Assembly: GCA_027001995.1 (NCBI GenBank)
Contig: JALTLO010000182.1
Coordinates: forward strand, 1 to 44,157
Direction of reading: 5' to 3'
DNA: 44,157 nt
DNA from: Planctomycetota bacterium
GTDB taxonomy: Bacteria; Planctomycetota; GCA-002687715; DRQF01
Shown here: piece by piece, positions 37,634 through 44,157 of the stretch
Layout of the letters: each line of letters starts with the position of its first letter
How positions within the stretch are numbered: the stretch's first letter is position 1
The notes under the pieces: model-generated
The model's database searches: none
The model's input: the letters and a program-made list of their open reading frames with translations, nothing else
What the model was told of the DNA's origin: nothing
Position numbers and translations under genes: made by a program

Positions 37634-39148
37634 TTGAAGACTGCGAAGTTCAAGTTTGTTCTTGGGGGGGCGCTTCTTACCTTGTTTGCGCTCATTTCTC
37701 ATCGTGGCTTGAATGAACCTGATGAAGGGCGTTACGTCGAGATCGCTAGAGAGATGATGGTCTCTGGTGACTATGTTGTCCCGCGTATTAAGGGCATTCC
37801 CCACTATGCCAAACCACCTTTGACCTATTGGTGTTTGGCCCTATCGATGAAGGTTCTTGGCGTCCATGAAGTTGGAGCTCGGATGCCGAGTTTTCTGGCT
37901 GCTCTTCTGGTTCTCTTTGTCCTCAAGGACTTTCTCAACCATTTCGGCTGCCAAGAAGAGTCGTCTTGGCTCATGATATTTGTCCTGCTTTCGACTCTTG
38001 AGTTCTTTGCTCTGCTGCAAATCGTCACCACAGACATGATCCTTTGCGCCACAATAGTCTTGGCTATGTATGCCCGCTGGCGAAGTATCAAAGCTCAACA
38101 GGGGCGACGATTTTGGAACTTCCTATTCTGGATTTCTTTGGGCCTTGGCTTTTTGGTCAAAGGGCCCATCATCCTCATGGTTGTCTTTGTGGCCCTCATT
38201 TTTCATGGGGTCATGGGACGGTCTTTTCTTCCACTTCGAAACTTAGGATGGCTTTGGGGGATACCGCTTTTTTGCGTCATCGTTTTGCCTTGGTTCCTCA
38301 TGGTCACACAGCAACAAGAGGGGCTGATTGATTTCTTTCTTGGGGAAGAGGTCGTCGACCGCGTGCGCCATGGGCGGGGACGCTCAAAGCCGGTCTATTA
38401 CTTCTTGTTTGTCTTTCCTCTCGTGCTTTTGCCTTGGACGGGGCTCATCACCGGGGCAATTCGAAAACTGCTCATGCAGCCACATGATGCAAAGTTCTTC
38501 TTGCTTGGCTGGCTCCTTGGCCCCTTTATTGTCTTCAGTTTGGCTTCGTCTAAGTTGTGGACTTACATGTTGCCATTGGTGCCCCCAGCAATCCTTATCC
38601 TGGGAATCGCCATTGATTCCTTTTCTGCCAAGAAGAAGCGATATCTTGCCCTTGGTTGTGGTGTCGCTTTCTTGATGTTCTCGATTCTCACTCTTGTGGC
38701 AGAGGACCGTTCTTTGGAATTGAGGAACAACGCTGGCTACCAACGTTTCTTGTCGACCCTCCCTGATGAAAATTATCGGGGGCAATCCATTGAAGCTGGA
38801 GGGGGAACAAGGGTGGGGCCGCCTGTATTTGCCCCGGGCTCTGGTCCCAAGATCGCCACTGACCGCCTTCGTATGATGGCGGCATCCTTTTACATCATGA
38901 GGGAAAAAGCTGCCTTTCTTCCATCCTATGGCAATGGCTCATTGTGGGAATGGGAAGTTATGCAACGGCTGGATCGGCCAGGAGAATTACCGGATTTAGT
39001 GGCGGAACTTCGCCTCCCAGAAGACTTTGTCGTTCTTACGAAGCAACGCTATCGAGAAGAACTGGAAGGAGCTCTGGGGCGTCCCTTGAAGCTCTTAGCA
39101 AAATCTGGAACGGGGAGAGCGACCGTGGTAGCCTTAAGCAACCAATGA
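37634..39148 (+). CDS. ArnT-like GT-C glycosyltransferase (4-amino-4-deoxy-L-arabinose transferase family)
   Basis: PDEGRYVEIAREM, YAKPPLTYW, ARMPS, LVKGP, LPWF and SKLWTYMLP motifs; many TMs; TTG start. Confidence 0.88.
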   Translation: MKTAKFKFVLGGALLTLFALISHRGLNEPDEGRYVEIAREMMVSGDYVVPRIKGIPHYAKPPLTYWCLALSMKVLGVHEVGARMPSFLAALLVLFVLKDFLNHFGCQEESSWLMIFVLLSTLEFFALLQIVTTDMILCATIVLAMYARWRSIKAQQGRRFWNFLFWISLGLGFLVKGPIILMVVFVALIFHGVMGRSFLPLRNLGWLWGIPLFCVIVLPWFLMVTQQQEGLIDFFLGEEVVDRVRHGRGRSKPVYYFLFVFPLVLLPWTGLITGAIRKLLMQPHDAKFFLLGWLLGPFIVFSLASSKLWTYMLPLVPPAILILGIAIDSFSAKKKRYLALGCGVAFLMFSILTLVAEDRSLELRNNAGYQRFLSTLPDENYRGQSIEAGGGTRVGPPVFAPGSGPKIATDRLRMMAASFYIMREKAAFLPSYGNGSLWEWEVMQRLDRPGELPDLVAELRLPEDFVVLTKQRYREELEGALGRPLKLLAKSGTGRATVVALSNQ

Positions 39149-39960
39149 ACTCCATTTTCGCCACATTTATCTTTCTCCTTAGCTTCTTTCCCCATGGGGA
39201 TCTCCACGATCAGATCGCTCAGTTGGACAAGCAAGTCAAGGCTCAGCCAAAGTTGTTGTCCTTGCGTCTTCGCCGAGGAGAGCTCCTGCGTCTGCATGGC
39301 GAGTTCTTGCGAGCACTCAAGGACTATCAGTTTGTCCAAAAGTTGGATCCTCAACAGGTGGCCGTCCACTTGCTCAAAGGTCGCTTGTTCTTGGACATGA
39401 AGCGCCATGATGCCGCCGCCAGAGAACTTCGCCTTTTTCTGGAAAAAAATCCCAAGAGCGCAGAGGGTTTGCGGTTTTCGGCTCAAAACGAAGTTGCCAG
39501 AAGTGACTTTGCCAAGGCCGTTCAATTCTATCAGAGGCTTTGCGCCCAGGGAGGAGGGGGCCGCCCTGGAGATATCTTGGCTTGCTCTCGAGCCATAGTG
39601 AAGAGGGACAAGGGCTCTATCCCCAAGGCTATTGCTTTCTTGGAATCTCAGCTGCTCCTTCGAGGTTCGGTCTTCGTTATTGAAATCGAAGCTCTGGAAT
39701 TGGAGAAGCAGGCGTTACGCTTTGACGCTGCTCTCAAGAGGATCAACAGATTGGCCAAAGGTGCAAAACGCCAAGATTTGTGGAGTGTTCGCCGGGCGGC
39801 ACTCTATAGATCTTCAGGAGAACCAAAGTTGGAGCTGAGCGCTTGGAAGAAAGCGCGAAAAGAACTGCTCCATTTGCCCCAGCACGTGAGGCGAAGACCT
39901 AGCGTCGTCTCACTGCAGAAAAAGATCGATCAAGAAATTGCGCGCCACATCGCAAAGTAG
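39145..39960 (+). CDS. Exported TPR-repeat protein
   Basis: Signal followed by HGDLHDQI; TPR-like helices (LRRGELLRLHGEFLRALKDY...LDP). ATGA overlap with the upstream gene. Confidence 0.8.
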   Translation: MNSIFATFIFLLSFFPHGDLHDQIAQLDKQVKAQPKLLSLRLRRGELLRLHGEFLRALKDYQFVQKLDPQQVAVHLLKGRLFLDMKRHDAAARELRLFLEKNPKSAEGLRFSAQNEVARSDFAKAVQFYQRLCAQGGGGRPGDILACSRAIVKRDKGSIPKAIAFLESQLLLRGSVFVIEIEALELEKQALRFDAALKRINRLAKGAKRQDLWSVRRAALYRSSGEPKLELSAWKKARKELLHLPQHVRRRPSVVSLQKKIDQEIARHIAK

Positions 39961-39972
39961 GAAAATGAAATC

Positions 39973-42279
39973 ATGAGCCGATTGTTCTTGCTCTTGTCAC
40001 TGATTTGTCTCTTGCCATCATTGGCAGCTCAAACTCCTGTTGTCGTTCGGGGGCCGTATTTGCAGCAAGGTACTCCCAACAGTGTTATCCTCCGTTGGCG
40101 CACTGATATTGCTTGTGACAGTGTGGTCAATCATGGCGCTGCCCCAGGTGCCCTTTTTGCCAATAGTTCTGATTCTACTTTGACCACCGAACACACCATC
40201 ACGGTTCAAGGTCTTACCCCAGACTCGATTGTCTTCTATTCCATCGAAGCCACTGGTTTTGGGGTCCTGGTTGGGGATGATGCCGACCATTTCTTCAAGA
40301 CGGCACCTCCATCGGGCGTGGCGAAACCGACGCGCATTTGGGTCTTGGGAGATTCTGGTACCGCCGACAACAATGCCCGCCGCGTCCGGGATTCCTACTA
40401 CGATTTTCAGGGATCGGGTTATACCGATCTGATGTTGTTGTTGGGTGACAACGCTTACAACACGGGGTTGGACTCCGAATTCCAGTTCGCCATGTTCGAA
40501 AACATGTATGAAGACAAGTTGCGCCAGACGGTGGTGTGGCCAGCTTATGGGAACCACGATGCTATCAACGCTGATGCATCCACTCAGTCTGGTCCTTACT
40601 ATGATATCTTTAATTTGCCAACGGCTGGGGAATCCGGCGGTTTGGCCTCTGGTACGGAGGCTTACTATTCCTTTGACTATGGCAACATTCATTTCGTTGT
40701 TCTTGATTCAGAGGAAAGTGATCGCAGCGTGGGAGGGGCCATGGCCACTTGGTTGCAGGCCGATTTGGCAGCCAATACTTTGAAGTGGACGATCGCCTAT
40801 TGGCATCACCCTCCCTACAGCAAGGGTTCCCACGATTCGGACATAGAAGCTCGGTTAGTTCAGATGCGGCAGAATTTCTTGCCAATTCTCGAGAACGAAG
40901 GTGTAGACCTGGTCTTGGGTGGCCACAGTCACGCCTACGAGCGGAGCTATTTTATCTCTGGTCACTACGGTGATTCAACGACCTATAACGCTGCTACCCA
41001 TGCACTTTCCCCATCAAAAGGCCGGGTGGGTTTGGATGGCGGCTATGAGAAGCGTCCCAATAGCACGGGAGCCTATGATGGCTGCGTTTACGTCGTAGCA
41101 GGTGCATCCGGAAAAATCAGCGGCGGTACCTTTGATCATCCAACGAGTGTTATCTCCTTTCCGGTCCTGGGATCCGTTGTGATTGATGTCGATGGAGACC
41201 AGTTAGACGCTCGCTATTTTACCAGCGAAGGTTTGCTCTTTGACTTCTTCTCAATTACCAAGAGTGGCGTGACTCCTTTGCAGCGCACCCACCTGCCAAT
41301 TCTCACGTCGCAGTTTTGGAAATACGATGACAACGGTGTTGATCTTGGGACTGCTTGGCGCCAACCGGGTTTCGATGACTCTTCTTGGTCTTCAGGGATG
41401 GCACCATTGGGCTATGGAGAACCGTGGATCACAACTCTTGTGTCTCAAGGGTCCAGTGCCACCAACAAGAACCCAACAACCTATCTGCGCCGGGAGTTCA
41501 ATGTCGATTTGGATCCGGCGGATGTGGAGCATCTTTTGTTTGCGGCACTCTATGACGATGGATTTGTTGCTTACCTGAATGGTGTTGAGGTGGCACGTTC
41601 TCCATCTATGCCTGGGGGGCCCATTTCTTATGGGACTTTGTCTGGCAATCATGAGGCTGTGGCCTATGAGAAGTTCGACTTGCAGGCTTTTGCTTCACTT
41701 CTGGTGCCGGGGCAGAATGTCTTTGCTGTTGAAATTCACCAAACTTCTCCGACGAGTTCCGACTTGGCATTTGATGGCGCTTTATTTATTGATGGGGTTC
41801 GCTCGTTCCTTGGTCCGACTGCTGTGGGGTCCGTTGTTGATGCTCAAGGACAGCCAGAAAGCCCATTTACCATCAATGGCAGTGATGGCGGTTTTGGTCG
41901 CAGCGTGGACGTGCGGGTTGGTGAACCTTTCAGTTTCGAAATGCAACCGCCCTCTACATTGGCCAGTGGCGTCGCGTCTTTTACGATTTTCGGCTATTTC
42001 GGTACTCCTTCAGCCTCCGAAAGCTTCTTGTTACCCGCTCCCGTGGGTGAAATGGCTTTTCCTCCGGCTTTTCCCGGAGTATCTGCTCCTTTGAGTTTCT
42101 TGGTGGGCGACAATTTGTTGGGATTACCAGGAGCTTTAGCTTTCACCACACCTGCACCTTGGTCTGCGGTCAATCCGGGCTTAGGATTCCCCGGGGTCTA
42201 TACCTTCCATGGTTGGATTATCACGAGCCCAGGTGTGGCTCAGACATTCAACGCTATCAGGATGAATGTGACCCCGTGA
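39973..42279 (+). CDS. Secreted purple acid phosphatase-family metallophosphoesterase with C-terminal beta-sandwich domains
   Basis: Signal peptide, FN3-like N-domain (RGPYLQ...WRTD), metal motifs GDSG, GDNAY, GNHD, HHPPY and GHSH, then a jelly-roll-like domain (WKYDD...DDGFVAYLNG...AVEIHQ). Confidence 0.9.
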   Translation: MSRLFLLLSLICLLPSLAAQTPVVVRGPYLQQGTPNSVILRWRTDIACDSVVNHGAAPGALFANSSDSTLTTEHTITVQGLTPDSIVFYSIEATGFGVLVGDDADHFFKTAPPSGVAKPTRIWVLGDSGTADNNARRVRDSYYDFQGSGYTDLMLLLGDNAYNTGLDSEFQFAMFENMYEDKLRQTVVWPAYGNHDAINADASTQSGPYYDIFNLPTAGESGGLASGTEAYYSFDYGNIHFVVLDSEESDRSVGGAMATWLQADLAANTLKWTIAYWHHPPYSKGSHDSDIEARLVQMRQNFLPILENEGVDLVLGGHSHAYERSYFISGHYGDSTTYNAATHALSPSKGRVGLDGGYEKRPNSTGAYDGCVYVVAGASGKISGGTFDHPTSVISFPVLGSVVIDVDGDQLDARYFTSEGLLFDFFSITKSGVTPLQRTHLPILTSQFWKYDDNGVDLGTAWRQPGFDDSSWSSGMAPLGYGEPWITTLVSQGSSATNKNPTTYLRREFNVDLDPADVEHLLFAALYDDGFVAYLNGVEVARSPSMPGGPISYGTLSGNHEAVAYEKFDLQAFASLLVPGQNVFAVEIHQTSPTSSDLAFDGALFIDGVRSFLGPTAVGSVVDAQGQPESPFTINGSDGGFGRSVDVRVGEPFSFEMQPPSTLASGVASFTIFGYFGTPSASESFLLPAPVGEMAFPPAFPGVSAPLSFLVGDNLLGLPGALAFTTPAPWSAVNPGLGFPGVYTFHGWIITSPGVAQTFNAIRMNVTP

Positions 42280-42288
42280 GGGAGTGAA

Positions 42289-42579
42289 ATGCCGGAAGAG
42301 TGGTTCTCGACAGAAGGAATTTGGTTGGCGATTGGCTTTGTCGGCCAGAGCTTCTTCTTTATGCGCTTTGCCGTTCAGTGGATCGCCACGGAGCGGGCCA
42401 AGAAAAGCGTCATTCCCGATGCTTTTTGGTGGCTGAGTATCGTCGGTTCGCTGATCATGCTGTGCTATGCCATCTATCGTCGCGATCCTATCTTCATTTT
42501 GGCGTTTACTCCCAATGTCTTTATCTATAGCCGCAATCTCTATTGGTTGAAGAAGGAACGCCAAGGACTGGCGGGCTAA
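42289..42579 (+). CDS. Lipid-A-disaccharide synthase N-terminal (LAB_N) domain membrane protein
   Basis: IGFVGQSFFFMRFAVQWIATERAKKSVIPDAFWWLS...YAIYRRDPIFI...YSRNL. GGGAG SD. Confidence 0.9.
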   Translation: MPEEWFSTEGIWLAIGFVGQSFFFMRFAVQWIATERAKKSVIPDAFWWLSIVGSLIMLCYAIYRRDPIFILAFTPNVFIYSRNLYWLKKERQGLAG

Positions 42580-42697
42580 ACCCGAACGATTCACGACCTC
42601 GCCGCAGCCAAGGGCGGCATAGGGCCTGTACTCTGCACTGGTCGCCTCTCGCGGGGAGCCTTGCAACCCTTCCTCACGACCTCATAAATGAGTCGGG

Positions 42698-43105
42698 CTA
42701 AAGGGTGCGGATATAGGCGATCAAGGAGATTAACTCGTGATCGCGGCCGTCCCATGTGGGCATCAAGGTGCCCGGTTTCATGCGGCGAGGATGGCGAATC
42801 CAGGCTTCTAACTCGGGAATTGTCATTCTGTCCTTGATGCCGGCGAGAACTGGGCCGACGGTCTTAATTGTTCCCTTGGTCTTGTGACAATTATTGCACT
42901 TTTTGAGGACGAAGTAGGTAGCCCCTTCTTCTGTGATTCGCGCTGAAACTCCCTTGTTGAGAGCTGAGATAATGGGGGAGTCCTGGGGAATAACAACTGG
43001 ACCGGCGTCTTCATCACCTCCGGCATCTCCGCAGGACGCAAAGGCAGCGATGACGGAGGCAATCAATAAGACGGAGAATAGGGCTGAGATTCGGATCGGA
43101 TTCAT
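42698..43105 (-). CDS. Monoheme class I cytochrome c lipoprotein
   Basis: Lipobox FAS-C, CNNCH, GPVL and WIRHP...PGTLMP (Met ligand). Confidence 0.85.
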   Translation of the reverse strand: MNPIRISALFSVLLIASVIAAFASCGDAGGDEDAGPVVIPQDSPIISALNKGVSARITEEGATYFVLKKCNNCHKTKGTIKTVGPVLAGIKDRMTIPELEAWIRHPRRMKPGTLMPTWDGRDHELISLIAYIRTL

Positions 43106-43383
43106 GAGGGTTGCTCGGGGCTTTCTTGTTCTTCCGCTGCGGTCAGGGCTCGGAGGCGATCGATTTCCGCCTCCATTTCGCCGATGATTCTCTTGGCTTC
43201 TCTATAGCGCAGGAACATACCCATAAGCCTGAAAATAAAGGCTAGGGAAAGAACTGTGCCCAAGAAAATGCCTACAATGCGAGCCAGGACCACCACATGG
43301 TCTGGGTCGGCTTTGGCCAGCAAGATGGCGATGATGCCAACAATAAGGATCATCGGCATGATGAATCGTTCGAGTTTGTCCAT
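43102..43383 (-). CDS. Small two-TM membrane protein with coiled C-terminus
   Basis: Two hydrophobic helices; ATGA coupling to the cytochrome c gene. Confidence 0.65.
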   Translation of the reverse strand: MDKLERFIMPMILIVGIIAILLAKADPDHVVVLARIVGIFLGTVLSLAFIFRLMGMFLRYREAKRIIGEMEAEIDRLRALTAAEEQESPEQPS

Positions 43384-43484
43384 AACTTGCTGAGGTTCTA
43401 ACCCACTTTGCCCTTGGATTGAAGGCCAAGAAACAGAACCATGGGGGAGATTCGAGCAAGTTGGCTCAGAAACCTGGGGAAACC

Positions 43485-43982
43485 ATGACCGCAGAAGAAG
43501 TTAAGGACGAAGCTGAAGATCGTGCCGGTCAGGTGCTCATGCGCCTGCACAGCGAGCAAAACCTGCTGCGGGGCTCCATCGCCGCTTTGATTTGCGGATC
43601 TTTGGGTTTTGCTCTGGCCCATGCAGTCTTCTTGACCGATGTCGCGAACCGGACCACTATTGCCACGGCATTTATCGGAGTTTTGGTTGCTTTCGGCATG
43701 CGCCAATGGGGTCGCGGCGTGGATCGACGTTTTCGTGTGATCTCATTCTTCGTGACGCTGATCCTCATGACCAGTTCTGTGCTCTTGGCATCTTGCGTGG
43801 CCCGGGCTGCCCGCAGCCGTTTTACCCTCGATCAAATGATAGGCTTTCTGAATCCGTCTTTCGCTTGGGAGCTGATCAAGGAATCAGCGGATGCCTCAAG
43901 CATTTTCTTATGGAGCATTGGCTTGGCCATCGCTTGGAGTAAATCAGGCCGTAACCCCCGCTCGATTGATCTTTCTTCCTGA
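43485..43982 (+). CDS. Hypothetical membrane protein
   Basis: About 4 TMs; EQNLLRGSIAALI...GVLVAFGMRQWGRG. Start is ATG 43485 or TTG 43419. Confidence 0.7.
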   Translation: MTAEEVKDEAEDRAGQVLMRLHSEQNLLRGSIAALICGSLGFALAHAVFLTDVANRTTIATAFIGVLVAFGMRQWGRGVDRRFRVISFFVTLILMTSSVLLASCVARAARSRFTLDQMIGFLNPSFAWELIKESADASSIFLWSIGLAIAWSKSGRNPRSIDLSS

Positions 43983-43991
43983 TCGACCGGG

Positions 43992-44120
43992 CTATGCACT
44001 CACCAAGAGCAGCACGAGAATCACAACAAAATGACAAGCCGCCTCAAAGAGCCGCTCCTGAGCGGTTTCATCACCTTGGCAGGCTTTCTTGATCAGTGAA
44101 TTGCCATCAGTTTTGGACAT
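43992..44120 (-). CDS. 42-aa small ORF resembling an ECF sigma N-terminus plus a hydrophobic tail (possible gene remnant)
   Basis: Hand-translated as MSKTDGNSLIKKACQGDETAQERLFEAACHFVVILVLLLVSA*. GGAGG lies 9 nt upstream. Confidence 0.4.
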   Translation of the reverse strand: MSKTDGNSLIKKACQGDETAQERLFEAACHFVVILVLLLVSA

Positions 44121-44157
44121 AAACGTCATCCTCCATCACTGACAGCCGGTTTGTCGA

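Noticed and set aside
37425..37637. 70-aa plus-strand ORF upstream of the ArnT-like gene
   Set aside because: No recognisable motif or convincing RBS; probably promoter region.
1..44157. CRISPR arrays, tRNA/rRNA genes, IS elements, integrases
   Set aside because: No regularly spaced repeats, RNA-gene signatures or transposase/integrase motifs were recognised by eye.

Overview
Gene-dense bacterial window with no rRNA, tRNA, CRISPR array or transposase recognised. It is probably from a Planctomycetota-like organism, inferred from the kinase architecture and the secreted-protein motifs. Layout: (1) 1-12574 is a co-oriented redox cluster: a partial outer-membrane beta-barrel, a 10-heme lipoprotein with LVIVD repeats, an FHA-FHA-MshEN-like membrane protein, a 17-heme cytochrome, a membrane protein with two H-x13-H pairs (putative diheme b), a tandem cNMP-binding 4x[4Fe-4S] protein and an FHA-TM-15-heme cytochrome. 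That is 42 CxxCH motifs in total, counted by eye. (2) 12614-19465 is a DUF4129/DUF4350/MoxR/DUF58/SpoIIM/RDD operon plus a convergent membrane protein. (3) 19654-24391 holds EAL-HDOD, HDOD-REC-GGDEF, a degenerate ADP-ribosylglycohydrolase-like protein and an arylamine N-acetyltransferase. (4) 24365-34288 on the minus strand holds three tandem Ser/Thr kinase-TM-PEGA-FGE-sulfatase paralogues followed by two GspG-like pseudopilins. (5) 34587-44157 holds a secreted protein, a PAS protein, ArnT-like GT/TPR/purple acid phosphatase/LAB_N genes, a monoheme cytochrome c and small membrane proteins. The best candidate for an undescribed system is the envelope-spanning multiheme conduit, whose cytoplasmic side carries cyclic-nucleotide and phosphothreonine sensing domains. 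All calls come from motif recognition by eye; no database searches were run.
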